Virus record (IMG/VR): IMGVR_UViG_3300036781_000392
Span: 1-60,479 of that record
Strand: one strand, 5' to 3'
Source of the DNA: a virus
Lineage: Duplodnaviria; Caudoviricetes
DNA: 60,479 bases
The position numbers were made by a program, and so were the translations under genes. Shown here in pieces: positions 8,629 to 17,517 of this stretch (positions within the stretch are counted from its first letter, which is position 1; each line of letters opens with the position of its first letter). Under the pieces are notes generated by a model. The model was not told the DNA's origin, did no database searches, and saw only the letters and a program-made list of their open reading frames with translations.

Positions 8629-8694
8629 TCCCATGTCCGCCTGCAGTCGATCGATCGACTCGGTGACCATGCGGCTCTACCCGAGGGAGTCGTC

Positions 8695-9048
8695 ATGGCT
8701 GTCGCGTGTCCGTCGTGCACGAGCGCCGCACAGGTGCATCACCTGCCGGCGTTCTGGAAGTCCATGTCGCAGGATGCGGAGCTGAAGCGCGAGTTGGCGC
8801 CGCCGCCCGCCGCGGTGTTGCAGTGGGTTCCGGCCGTGTCATGCCTCGCCGTCGCGGTGATCCTGCTGGCGTCGAGCGTGATCCTGTTCGGGCTGTTGGC
8901 GCTGGCGGTCGCCGGGGTGGTGGGCTACACGGCCTACCGGTCGTTCGCCGCGGCGGAGGCGGCGGTCGCCGCATGGAACGCGGCGCTGTACTGCCGCCAC
9001 TGCCACAACCGATTCCTACCCGGCAGCGGGTTCCTCGAGGCGGCGTGA
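8695..9048 (+). CDS. Two-TM membrane protein with terminal CxxC pairs
   Basis: CPSC at N-terminus, CRHC at C-terminus, hydrophobic core, GAGGGAG RBS. Confidence 0.7.
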   Translation: MAVACPSCTSAAQVHHLPAFWKSMSQDAELKRELAPPPAAVLQWVPAVSCLAVAVILLASSVILFGLLALAVAGVVGYTAYRSFAAAEAAVAAWNAALYCRHCHNRFLPGSGFLEAA

Positions 9049-9055
9049 CACACGA

Positions 9056-9092
9056 CAGCCCCTCGCCGAGTAAACGCTCTGCGAGGGGCTGT
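9056..9092. terminator. Bidirectional terminator between convergent genes
   Basis: ACAGCCCCTCGC...GCGAGGGGCTGT. Confidence 0.7.
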
Positions 9093-9103
9093 GTGCTATG
9101 CAG

Positions 9104-9280
9104 CTACGACCGGACCCACGACTCCCCATCGCGTTCCCAAGTCAGCCGGTCGGACGGGTCGTCGTAGTTGTACTCCAGGCAGAGGTCGCACCAGCCGCCG
9201 TGTTCGCCGCCGTGGCCTGCCGGTTGGTCGCATTCAGTGGTGCCGTGGGCGTGGCGCAAGGTCGCCCCGCACGGCGTCAC
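9104..9280 (-). CDS. Small Cys/His hypothetical protein
   Basis: GTGA coupling, GC3 bias. Confidence 0.55.
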   Translation of the reverse strand: MTPCGATLRHAHGTTECDQPAGHGGEHGGWCDLCLEYNYDDPSDRLTWERDGESWVRS

Positions 9281-9882
9281 GCTGCGGCCCGCCGTTCCGC
9301 CATCGGCAGCCCGAGGACCTCGTCGTGCCCGTACTGCGTCTCGCACCCGGGGCACTTCGCGCCGGGGGTGTCGAGGGTGACGCGGAGGACAGCACCGCAC
9401 GGGCAGGCGACGGGGATACGGCGCGGCGCCGGCTCACCGGAGACGAGGCGTCGGGCCTGGCCGGTGACCTGCCGTATTTCGTCCGCGATCTCGCGTATCG
9501 CCGGGTGCTCGTCGCACAGCATCGGCAGGTTGACGAGCAGCAGGCTGCAGGCCCAGTCGACGATCGCCTCGACGGATCCGAGCAGCGGAATAGTCCAGCC
9601 CTCCCGCTCGCACACGTCCCGGGCCCATCCGCCGACAACACCCTCGATCCCGCCGCGGGCCCGCAAATCGAGCACGTCGAGGCTGACGGGAATGGGGGCG
9701 CTGCGGCTCCCGGACCGGCCGCCGTCACCTCGCCGGCCGGGGGCGAGCTCCTGCTCCAACTGCCGGTAGAGGCCGGGCAACTCGGCCAGATCGTCGGCGA
9801 TGTGCTGACGGCACCCATCGTGCACGCGGGGCAGGGATGGGCGGTCACAGACTGCGCAAGGGAACGAGACGGGGTCGGTCAT
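9277..9882 (-). CDS. Zn-finger phage protein
   Basis: CAVC...HDGC, CPCG...CPGC motifs. Confidence 0.75.
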   Translation of the reverse strand: MTDPVSFPCAVCDRPSLPRVHDGCRQHIADDLAELPGLYRQLEQELAPGRRGDGGRSGSRSAPIPVSLDVLDLRARGGIEGVVGGWARDVCEREGWTIPLLGSVEAIVDWACSLLLVNLPMLCDEHPAIREIADEIRQVTGQARRLVSGEPAPRRIPVACPCGAVLRVTLDTPGAKCPGCETQYGHDEVLGLPMAERRAAA

Positions 9883-9931
9883 GTCGGGCTCCATCGGTCG
9901 TGCGGGCGGGGCGGTCAGGCGGGCGGGGCGG

Positions 9932-10570
9932 TCAGGAGGTGAGGGCAGCGAGGGCCTGCTCGGCAAGTTGTCGGCGGCGGGGCGCGATGCCGGTGTCGCA
10001 GCACGCTTCACGCCAGCTGCCATGCGGGGTCGTGTCGTCGTGATACCTGCACGTCGCGGGCAGCTTCTCCAGCGCGTGCTGGATCGCTGGCAGGCACTCG
10101 CGCACCCGGTCGAGGGCGGACCGCGCGGCGACGAGCTCGGCCTCCAGACGGGCCACCTCGTCTCGCAGTTCCGGGAGTTCGGGAACCTGGCGGCCGAGTT
10201 CGCGGGCCACCTCGAACGCGATGTGGCGTCCGTCCAGACGCGCTACCGCGGCGGCCAAGGCTTCGGGCGTCCCGTACACGGTGGCGATCGCATCGAAGTG
10301 GTAGGCGGCTACCTGAATCGGACTTGCGACTCGGCACTCCTCCTCCGACTGGCCGCATTCGCCATCGCAGTCGTGCGCGGCGGCCCGGATCGCGGCGGCG
10401 TAGCGCTCGGCGAGGGTCGCCTCCGACGCCTTGAAGCCCTCAGCGCCCGTCTGAGGGCCCGGAGGGGGGTCCGAACCTCCCGGAGTGCCAACTCCAGGGC
10501 TTGAGGCGCCCTCAGGGGCCTTCAGGCCGTTCCTCGGGGCCTGTTCGGGGGTGAGTGAATCTCCGGTCAC
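9932..10570 (-). CDS. Hypothetical protein
   Basis: GGAGG RBS, coupled start, coiled-coil segment. Confidence 0.6.
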   Translation of the reverse strand: MTGDSLTPEQAPRNGLKAPEGASSPGVGTPGGSDPPPGPQTGAEGFKASEATLAERYAAAIRAAAHDCDGECGQSEEECRVASPIQVAAYHFDAIATVYGTPEALAAAVARLDGRHIAFEVARELGRQVPELPELRDEVARLEAELVAARSALDRVRECLPAIQHALEKLPATCRYHDDTTPHGSWREACCDTGIAPRRRQLAEQALAALTS

Positions 10571-10725
10571 GCTTCCTCCTTGGGTTCTGTCCTGGTTTGC
10601 GGGTCTTCGAGGCCCTCCCGCGCCAGCACGCGGATCCCGTCCCGCAGAACATCCGCCTCGCCGGGCAGCATCACGCCCCGCTCCGCCCGGTCCACGATCA
10701 GCAGCAGCAACTCGACCGGCGTCAT
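10567..10725 (-). CDS. Hypothetical protein
   Basis: MTPVELLLLIVDRAERG..., coupled at both ends. Confidence 0.55.
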   Translation of the reverse strand: MTPVELLLLIVDRAERGVMLPGEADVLRDGIRVLAREGLEDPQTRTEPKEEA

Positions 10726-10892
10726 CGCCGCCTCCCCGCCGCGCGCTTGAGGGCACGTCGAGTCGCACGGTTCGGTGCCGGCTCCGGCTGCCCGTCGTCG
10801 ACGACGACCTCGAGGCGGCGGAGCTCCGTCTCCCAGCGGGCACCCGGCGCGCCCGCACGCTCGCCGCGGGGGCTGCTCGACGGGGCGGTCAT
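10722..10892 (-). CDS. Hypothetical protein
   Basis: ATGA coupling, ends 'PNRATRRAL'. Confidence 0.55.
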   Translation of the reverse strand: MTAPSSSPRGERAGAPGARWETELRRLEVVVDDGQPEPAPNRATRRALKRAAGRRR

Positions 10893-11077
10893 GACGCCCT
10901 CCGTCGCTTCGGCTGCCCCGCCGCGTTGACCAGGCCGTCGGCGGTGGCCTTCAGCAGCAGCGCTTGATGGATCACGTCCCGCCACCGCTGACCCGGGTAC
11001 AACCCGAGGAGCAGCTTCGTGTCGGACCAGATCTCGGTGACGATCACACGGCGGGGCGGGGCAGTCGGAGTTCCCAC
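10889..11077 (-). CDS. Hypothetical protein
   Basis: GGAGG RBS before GTG at 11077 (alternative start 11158). Confidence 0.55.
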   Translation of the reverse strand: MGTPTAPPRRVIVTEIWSDTKLLLGLYPGQRWRDVIHQALLLKATADGLVNAAGQPKRRRAS

Positions 11078-11154
11078 GGTTCCTCCAGGGGTCGGTGCGT
11101 GGTTGGGTTGCGGGGCGGCTGGACCTGTTACGAGCAGGTCCAGCCCGTTGCGTG

Positions 11155-12261
11155 TCATGCGGCGGCGCGACTAGCGAGCAGGCGTATGGCCGCCTCGGCT
11201 TGCTGGGGGACGACGCCGTTGCCGAGGGCCTTGAGCTGCTGAGTGCGGGTCAGCGCGGGGACCGCGGTGACGTGGCCGGCGGGCAGACCCATGAGCCATT
11301 AGACGAACACGGGGCTCAGTCGATTGCGATCGTCAGTTGCCCTGGGAGCGGTTCGTCCGGTGGCGGACTCCCAGCGCCGAACGGCGGGGAGGAAACGGCC
11401 CCACGCAGCGTCGGGTTGCCCCGTGCATACGTCGTGCTCGTCCTGTCGCTGTCCGAGGCCGTCGGGGTTGGAAGGAGCTGTACTACTGCCGAGGGGAGCG
11501 CCAGGTCGCCTTTCGAGCCGCGCTGATTCGGGCCGCCCTTCTCCCCATCCGACGCTCGCGGTGTGGGCAGCAGCGCCACGGCTTCGGACAGGTCGACGTC
11601 CGAGAGCGGCCTCGGCCGGCCGTCCCGGCTGCGCCCCTGCGTCGCCCCGCTGCCCTTGTAGTCCGACGCGTTCGGCGTCGGCAGCAGCGACACTGCCGTC
11701 CGTAGATCCGGCCCGCCGTCCCCGTGCAGCCCCGCGCCGTTCGTGTCCGACGTCCGCGGCGTCGGCAGCAGTGGCGACGACGATGAGCCGGTTCCGCTGG
11801 TGGGGAGCGCCGACCTCCGACGCGCGTACAAGGCACCACTCCGCATCGAACCCGATCTCGGCAAGGTCGGCGAGGACGGTGTCGAATCCGAGTCGAAGGT
11901 GATTCGCGACGTTCTCAAAGATCGCGATTCGGGGTCGTAGAACGCGAAGGGCACTGGCAATGAAGGGCCAGAGGTGCCGCTCATCCGAAGTTCCTTTCAG
12001 GTCGCCAGCGAGGGAGAACGGCTGGCACGGGTAGCCGCCGCAGAGGATGTCGATGGGCCCGTACTGGTCTGCGATCTGCTGCCAGTCGGCGGTGGTGAGG
12101 TCGCCGATGTTCGGGGTGTCCGGCCAGCGGTGAGCAAGGATCTTCGAGGCGCCGGGGTCGATGTCCGACACCCAGGCGGTCTCGCCGCCGAACACGGCCT
12201 CCACGGCGGCGTCCAGGCCCCGGTATCCGGAGCAGAGTGAGGCGATCCGCGGGCCGATCAT
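11155..12261 (-). pseudogene. C5-cytosine DNA methyltransferase (alpha frame) interrupted by an in-frame TAA at 11299-11301
   Basis: Motifs I (SLCSGYRG), IV (GGYPCQPFS), VI (ENV), VIII (HQRNR); 'RLSPVFV*WLMGLP...QQLKALGNGVVP' continues in frame past the stop. Confidence 0.85.
11316..11984 (-). CDS. Nested alternative-frame methyltransferase beta-like subunit with four LLPTPxxSD repeats
   Basis: 222-aa ORF entirely within the MTase gene; 'SSPTLPRSGSMRSG' resembles the M.EcoHK31I beta N-terminus (recalled, not aligned). Confidence 0.7.
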   Translation of the reverse strand: MSGTSGPSLPVPFAFYDPESRSLRTSRITFDSDSTPSSPTLPRSGSMRSGALYARRRSALPTSGTGSSSSPLLPTPRTSDTNGAGLHGDGGPDLRTAVSLLPTPNASDYKGSGATQGRSRDGRPRPLSDVDLSEAVALLPTPRASDGEKGGPNQRGSKGDLALPSAVVQLLPTPTASDSDRTSTTYARGNPTLRGAVSSPPFGAGSPPPDEPLPGQLTIAID

Positions 12262-12449
12262 CGGGTCTCCTTCGTGGTGGTTTCGTATCGGGCCGGGTCG
12301 GCAAGGTGCGTGAGATGAACAAAGCCGCAGGGGCACTCGTATGCGTTGAGCACGCGGCCCCGGACACGCTCGAGGCGGCGGGCCACCAGCAGGGCCGCCT
12401 CCCGCGTCGCGTACCGGTGCTTCGACGGAGTCGGACAGGGCGGGGTCAT
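12258..12449 (-). CDS. Small Zn-binding protein
   Basis: CPTPSK.RY...AYECPCG..HLT. Confidence 0.7.
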   Translation of the reverse strand: MTPPCPTPSKHRYATREAALLVARRLERVRGRVLNAYECPCGFVHLTHLADPARYETTTKETR

Positions 12450-12769
12450 GCGGCCTCGGCTATCCGGCCCTGGGCCCGCCAGCGGTAGACGGTCCGGGGC
12501 TCGACGTCGAAGATCCGAGCGATCTCCTCGGCAGGCAGCCCGAGCCGCGTCAACCGCAGCCCCGCCTCGCGGCGTTCGGCCGGCCGCATCCCCGGCAGTG
12601 CGCGGCGGGCAGAAACGGCTGCCTCGATGGCGATGCCGTCCGGCTCGGCCTTGCTCTGGTGCGGGTCGCCGTATCGCCAGACCCTGGTGCGGTGGGTGGA
12701 GCAATAGCTCTGCCCCGGCCGCGGGCTTCGCGGGCATCCGGTGACACGGCATTCACGGTCGCGGATCAT
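12446..12769 (-). CDS. HTH DNA-binding protein
   Basis: 'AEEIARIFDVEPRTVYRWR' with N-terminal Cys cluster. Confidence 0.75.
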   Translation of the reverse strand: MIRDRECRVTGCPRSPRPGQSYCSTHRTRVWRYGDPHQSKAEPDGIAIEAAVSARRALPGMRPAERREAGLRLTRLGLPAEEIARIFDVEPRTVYRWRAQGRIAEAA

Positions 12770-13077
12770 GCGGCTGTCTCCTCGGCTTCGCGGTAGCGGC
12801 GTGCGTGGACGACGCCGGGGAGGAGCCGGGCCCCGTCGTTGTGGCAGGGGATGCCGGGCTCGACCTGGCACTCGGGGCAGCAGGCCGACTCGCGGGCCCA
12901 GGCGGTCACCCGGGCGGGGTGCGGTTCGGTGAGGATTCGGCCGCTAGCCCGGACGCGGCACGGTCGGTGCGCGCCGGCCTCGCAGTGCGGGCATGAGACC
13001 GCGCGGGCCGGGTGCTGGCCGGCGCGCATGAAGTGGCGGATCTCTTCGGGCATCGGGGCGTTGCGGTGTCGGGTCAT
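12766..13077 (-). CDS. Zinc-finger protein
   Basis: Two CPxC...PC...HxxR repeats. Confidence 0.75.
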   Translation of the reverse strand: MTRHRNAPMPEEIRHFMRAGQHPARAVSCPHCEAGAHRPCRVRASGRILTEPHPARVTAWARESACCPECQVEPGIPCHNDGARLLPGVVHARRYREAEETAA

Positions 13078-13607
13078 GAGGCTGCCTTTCCGGCTTCGAT
13101 TCGGGACGGGTGGAACGCGACGAGGGGTTTGTTTTGGCCGTTGCGGCACCGGCGCATTGGAGCGGCGCCGCAGTGCGGGCATTCGACGGACGACGGGCCG
13201 CTCTTGGGGGCCTCGGTGGGCACCGAGCGGCCGACGCCGGCGAGGAGTTGGGCGATGGGTCGTGGCTTGAGTTCCAGTCCGTCTGCGGCCTTGACGCGCT
13301 GTGCGCGCAGAGCGGCGAGGTATGCGGGCACGTCGTCGGGGTCGGCGTCGGGCACGGCGGCCGGGAGGCCTGGGCCTTGGAAGTCGCTGGCCTGTGCGTG
13401 CCGGATCTCGCGAACGGCCCCGCGGATATCGGCTGGCATGATCCAGCGGGTTTCTTCGGCGTAGTGCGCGGTGACGGCGGACTTGGCTGCGTTGAAGTCG
13501 ATGTCGGCGAGGACGGTCTGCCAGGCGAGGACGTCGGCCTTTCCGACGGTCCGCCGGTCGAAGGCCGCGCAGAAGGCCAGCAGCTCAGCTGTCTGGGCGG
13601 GTGTCAC
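13074..13607 (-). CDS. Replicative helicase loader/inhibitor-like protein with C-terminal Zn finger
   Basis: 'AFDRRTVG..DV.AW..VL...A...HY....WIMPADI'; follows the initiator gene. Confidence 0.7.
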   Translation of the reverse strand: MTPAQTAELLAFCAAFDRRTVGKADVLAWQTVLADIDFNAAKSAVTAHYAEETRWIMPADIRGAVREIRHAQASDFQGPGLPAAVPDADPDDVPAYLAALRAQRVKAADGLELKPRPIAQLLAGVGRSVPTEAPKSGPSSVECPHCGAAPMRRCRNGQNKPLVAFHPSRIEAGKAAS

Positions 13608-14518
13608 TGGTTGGTTCCTTCCTCGAGGGCGCGGAACTCCGCGGCGAGGGCGAGGGCGTCGTTGACGCGCTGGTCGGTGGTGGAGGGGCGGCGGCCAGCA
13701 GCAAGGGGCACGACGTTGCTGCCGTTGCTGGGTCCGTTGCCGATGGCGACGGGGGTGCGAATGGCGTGCCAGCTGTCGTAGAACCAGCGGCTGCTGAATG
13801 GCGGCCGGTTGGCACCTTGGGCTGCCTTGAGGGCCTGCTCGACCATGAGCGGGATGCCGAGGCGCTTGATGTCGTTGTGGAGGCGGATCGCGTCGTCGCC
13901 GATGAGCTTCCAGGGGACGTTGATGCCGGCGCCGCTCATGGCGTCCTGGAGGGGGGCCATCCAGTCGGGGGAGTCCACCTCTCCCGCGCTCCGCACGGCG
14001 GGCAGCCGGTCTTCGTGGCTGGCCGGGTTGGAGTGGTGGTTCCCTGACGGTTCCGTTGGTGGTTCTAGTGGTGGTTCCCCCGCAGAATTGACGGGGTTTC
14101 CGTGCTCAAACGACGGGGTTTCTGTCGCAAACGACGGGGTTTCTGTCGCAAACGACGGGGTTTCTTCAGGCGATACCCCGTCAGATGTGCGGGGTTTACC
14201 ATCGGTAACCCCGTCAGATGTTCCGGGTTTCTCGTCAGTAACCCCGTCAGATGTGCGGGGTTTCGGGGTGACCCGATACCGGTTACGAACCCTCCGGCCG
14301 CCGCCTCCCTCGACGTCCAACTCGCCGATCTCGACGAGCTTCGCGACGGCCTTCTGTACGGCACGAGGCGACAGTTTCGTGCGCTCGCAGATGTCCTCGA
14401 CAGACGGCCACGCGAACCCGGTGTCGTCCGCCCTGTCAGCCAAGGCGAGCATGACCAGCCGAGCCCCATTACGGGACTCTGACCGGGCCCACACCCAGTT
14501 GGTGACCTTGATGCTCAC
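13604..14518 (-). CDS. Phage replication initiator (N-terminal wHTH, lambda O-like)
   Basis: 'RLVMLALADRAD..G.AWPSVEDICERTKLSPRAVQ', internal iterons. Confidence 0.85.
   Translation of the reverse strand: MSIKVTNWVWARSESRNGARLVMLALADRADDTGFAWPSVEDICERTKLSPRAVQKAVAKLVEIGELDVEGGGGRRVRNRYRVTPKPRTSDGVTDEKPGTSDGVTDGKPRTSDGVSPEETPSFATETPSFATETPSFEHGNPVNSAGEPPLEPPTEPSGNHHSNPASHEDRLPAVRSAGEVDSPDWMAPLQDAMSGAGINVPWKLIGDDAIRLHNDIKRLGIPLMVEQALKAAQGANRPPFSSRWFYDSWHAIRTPVAIGNGPSNGSNVVPLAAGRRPSTTDQRVNDALALAAEFRALEEGTNQ
14089..14264. repeat. Iteron cluster / probable replication origin
   Basis: 21-bp-period AAACGACGGGGTTTC x3 (plus one partial) followed by about 33-bp-period ACCCCGTCAGATGT x3; GACGGGGT core in opposite orientations. 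Confidence 0.75.
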
Positions 14519-14550
14519 GGGATCTCTTTCCGGTCCGTAGGAATGGGGAG

Positions 14551-15843
14551 TTAGGCGGGCGTCGGGCAGCCCGGGTAGTGGCGTCGCACGCCGGACAAGG
14601 TCCGGTGGCTGGCTGGTCTGCCGCAGCCAGGGCATCGCGCATGCGATTGCGGTGCGGTCACGCGGTTCGGGTGTTCGGCCGGCCGCTGACCGGTGGCCAC
14701 CTCGGCGGGCGCGTCCACGGTCAAGGTCAGGCCGGCCGCGGAGATGCCACGGCGGGGCAGGGGCGCGCTGCGCGTGCCGGTGTCCTCGCCGTAGTGGCAG
14801 GAGTCGTCGGTCTCCCGCTGCGAGAACTCAACGTCGTCGCTGCCGCTGTCCTCGTCCTCCGGCTGGTCCTCTTCGCCGTCCGAGTAGTCGAGCCACCGGG
14901 CCTTGTCCGCTGTAGGCACCCAGAGGTAGCGGCCGGAGCGGTGATCCTTGCGCCCAGAGACGAACAGGGACGACATCTCGCCGGTGGCGGCGCCGACGAG
15001 GACCCGGCCGACGGAGTAGGCCGTTTTCGTGCCGTATCCGTCGGGCCCGTCGTCGACGAGGCGCGGGGTCTCCCATTGCAGGTGGACCTTGCCGCAGCCC
15101 GAGGTGCCGATGATTCCGCCGCGGGTGATCTTCCCGTTGGGGCAGGGTCGGCCGTCCGATCCGGCGGCGCTGCAGTGCCACTCGACCAGGACCCGGACGC
15201 CGTTCATGGTGGCCAGGTCGGAGGCGTCGCTGATTTCCTTCCACGTGTATCGAGGGGTCACGAGGTAGTTGGCCCGGTCGATGAGGTGGAAGGTGTTGTC
15301 GTCGGTTATCCAGTTCGCCGTGAGTCCGGCTTCCGCGTGGAGGCGGGAGCGGTGGCGCACGTTGCCCGCCGACGCGTTGTAGTACTGCGCCTCGCACCCA
15401 AGCCCGACGCCGCCGTCGGGCTCCACGGTCACGTCGGGGCGCCTGCGCCGCGTTGTGGCCTTCTCGACGCCGTACCTGAGGCCGGCCCGGTCGCAGGTAC
15501 GGGCGATGAAGTCCTTCGCGGCCTTGTGCTTGTCGGACTCCTCGGCGGTCACCTCGTGCGCGGTGGGCAGGTGGGCGGCCACGTACCGGGTGGTCCCGTC
15601 AGCACCGCGCTGCTTGCGCACCGCCATGTACGGGCTCTTGACCCCGCTCTCCTCGGCCTTGCAGCGCAGCCCGGCGGCGCGGGCCGTGCACATCAGCAGG
15701 TCGCGATCTCGTTCGCCGATGGGGCTGCGGATCTCGTCCCAGATCTGCTCGCTCTCTTCTGGGGTGAGGCCGTCCACGTCGAAGTTCTCGAAGGTGAGGT
15801 TCAGCTTCGTTTGCATTCGGGTGTGGAAGACGGCGTCTGCCAT
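14551..15843 (-). CDS. CoiA-like PD-(D/E)XK-family protein
   Basis: 'ESDKHKAAKDFIAR...EK...RRPDV...GCEAQ'. Confidence 0.65.
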   Translation of the reverse strand: MADAVFHTRMQTKLNLTFENFDVDGLTPEESEQIWDEIRSPIGERDRDLLMCTARAAGLRCKAEESGVKSPYMAVRKQRGADGTTRYVAAHLPTAHEVTAEESDKHKAAKDFIARTCDRAGLRYGVEKATTRRRRPDVTVEPDGGVGLGCEAQYYNASAGNVRHRSRLHAEAGLTANWITDDNTFHLIDRANYLVTPRYTWKEISDASDLATMNGVRVLVEWHCSAAGSDGRPCPNGKITRGGIIGTSGCGKVHLQWETPRLVDDGPDGYGTKTAYSVGRVLVGAATGEMSSLFVSGRKDHRSGRYLWVPTADKARWLDYSDGEEDQPEDEDSGSDDVEFSQRETDDSCHYGEDTGTRSAPLPRRGISAAGLTLTVDAPAEVATGQRPAEHPNRVTAPQSHARCPGCGRPASHRTLSGVRRHYPGCPTPA

Positions 15844-15883
15844 GTCGAGTCCTTCCGTGTGAGTCGATCGATGGGTGCGCTGC

Positions 15884-16849
15884 TCAGGCGGCGGTGTCGA
15901 GCCGCTCGGGGTGCCGGTACATCTCTTGCTGCAGGTGCTGCCGTGTGACTCCGATGCGGTCTGCGGCTTGCTCGCAGGTGTGGCCTTGCCGCATGAGTTC
16001 GCGTCCGTCGTGGGCGATCTCGGCGCCGCGGTTGCGGACTTCGGCTCTGGCGTAGGCGGCTTGTCGGCGCTTCTCGGTGACGGTGAGGTTCGCGCGCTCG
16101 GCGACCCACTGGTCGTGGGCGTCTTGGCAGGGCTGGCACATCGGCAGGCGCTGGTTGCGGTGTGTCCAGAAGCCGCGGTCGGTGCCGCAGTAGCCGGTCC
16201 AGTCGGGGCGGGAGGCGGGGTCGTCGATGTCGTCCCAGGCGCCTGCGGGAGGCCAGCCTTCGGCGGTTGCGATGCGGCGAGATTTCGTGCTGGTGCCGGG
16301 GGTGAGGGCGAGCTGCTGAAACACGTGCCGGATTGCGGATGCGGTACGACCGTCTGTTGTTTCGTACCGGGAGTTCGCGATGTGGCTGACGGCTGAGGTG
16401 TCGAGGCCGGCTGCTGCGGCGATTGTGGACGGGCTGTGCCCGAGGACGTACAGGGCTCGAATGCGCCGCTGGGTGCCGGTGGCCGGGCGTTCGGCCAACT
16501 CGTCGAAGTCGCGGGGCTGCACGGCGAGGATGCGGAGGGCCTTTTCGCGCTGGCAGCTCTTGGTGAGCCCGCGGAGGAGGTAGCTGATCGTGGCCGGGGC
16601 GACGTTGGCGCGGCGGGCGATGAGGGCTTGGCTCATCCCGGACGCCGTGAGGGTGTCGATGTGGGCGATGAGCGGTGTGCCGGGGTAGAGGGGGCCTTGT
16701 CCGTTGAGGCGGGCGAGTGCGCGGCGTTTGCATGCGCGGCTGTGGACGGTTGTGCAGAGGGCGCACCGGCATCCGGGCCATGAGCCGTCGGTGGCTCCCC
16801 TGTAGCGGTACTGGGTGCCGTGGTCGGGGAGCTTGCGTTCGGTGGTCAC
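15884..16849 (-). CDS. Multi-HTH/Zn-finger DNA-binding protein
   Basis: HGT..RY...GCRC..C, three HTH-like segments, CGT...CQPC. Confidence 0.75.
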   Translation of the reverse strand: MTTERKLPDHGTQYRYRGATDGSWPGCRCALCTTVHSRACKRRALARLNGQGPLYPGTPLIAHIDTLTASGMSQALIARRANVAPATISYLLRGLTKSCQREKALRILAVQPRDFDELAERPATGTQRRIRALYVLGHSPSTIAAAAGLDTSAVSHIANSRYETTDGRTASAIRHVFQQLALTPGTSTKSRRIATAEGWPPAGAWDDIDDPASRPDWTGYCGTDRGFWTHRNQRLPMCQPCQDAHDQWVAERANLTVTEKRRQAAYARAEVRNRGAEIAHDGRELMRQGHTCEQAADRIGVTRQHLQQEMYRHPERLDTAA

Positions 16850-17088
16850 TTGGTCTCCTCTCGGGTGAGTTCGGTCCACAGGTCTGTGAGGTGCTGTTCG
16901 ATGTCGTCCCAGTCGTGGGTGCCGACGCGTGGTGCGGGTGCTGCTGTGAGTTCGCGGCAGGTGCGGAGCTGGTGCCGGAGCCGGGCGATGGCGCGGCGTG
17001 TGCCGCGGATGAGGACGGCGGCGAGGCAGAGCAGGCAGAAGAACTTGAAGAGGTCGAACATCCCGACGGCGACCTCGGTCGGGGTCAT
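16846..17088 (-). CDS. Small membrane protein
   Basis: Coupled ORF with N-terminal hydrophobic stretch. Confidence 0.55.
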   Translation of the reverse strand: MTPTEVAVGMFDLFKFFCLLCLAAVLIRGTRRAIARLRHQLRTCRELTAAPAPRVGTHDWDDIEQHLTDLWTELTREETK

Positions 17089-17447
17089 GCGGCCTTCTCC
17101 GTTCCGGTGCCGATCCACGTCCTGCAGAGGCTGCGGTGCACAGTGGCTCGCTTCGACGGGGCTACGCCTGCTGCGCGTATGACTCCGGCGCGGGCTGCGG
17201 CGCCGAATGCGGGTCCCCATTGGGCGGGGCTGACGGGTTCGTCGACGAGTCCTTCGCGGATGAGGTCGGCGGCTTGGAATTCGATGCCGCGGCGGGCCAT
17301 GAGTTCGATGGCGCCTCGGCAGGCGGCGGTCCATCCGATGGGGGTGGCCGTTTCGGCGAGGGCCATGCCGTGGGTTTTGGCGGTCTCGCCGGCTGCCGGG
17401 TTGATGGTGCCGTGGATGGGGTCGGGGAACTGGAGCTGCTGGGTCAC
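17085..17447 (-). CDS. Hypothetical protein
   Basis: RBS, GC3 bias. Confidence 0.7.
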   Translation of the reverse strand: MTQQLQFPDPIHGTINPAAGETAKTHGMALAETATPIGWTAACRGAIELMARRGIEFQAADLIREGLVDEPVSPAQWGPAFGAAARAGVIRAAGVAPSKRATVHRSLCRTWIGTGTEKAA

Positions 17448-17517
17448 GACGTGGTCTCCTGGTTCTGGGCCGCCCTGCCTGCTTCCGACGGGCAGGGCGG
17501 CCCGAGGCTGGGGTGGG

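Noticed and set aside
11299-11301. Genome-wide stop-codon recoding
   Set aside because: Only one internal stop was noticed, and TAA ends other genes normally (25254, 27906, 14551)
14089-14264. CRISPR-like array
   Set aside because: Repeats are in-frame inside the initiator gene, spacers are too short and no cas genes are seen; fits iterons
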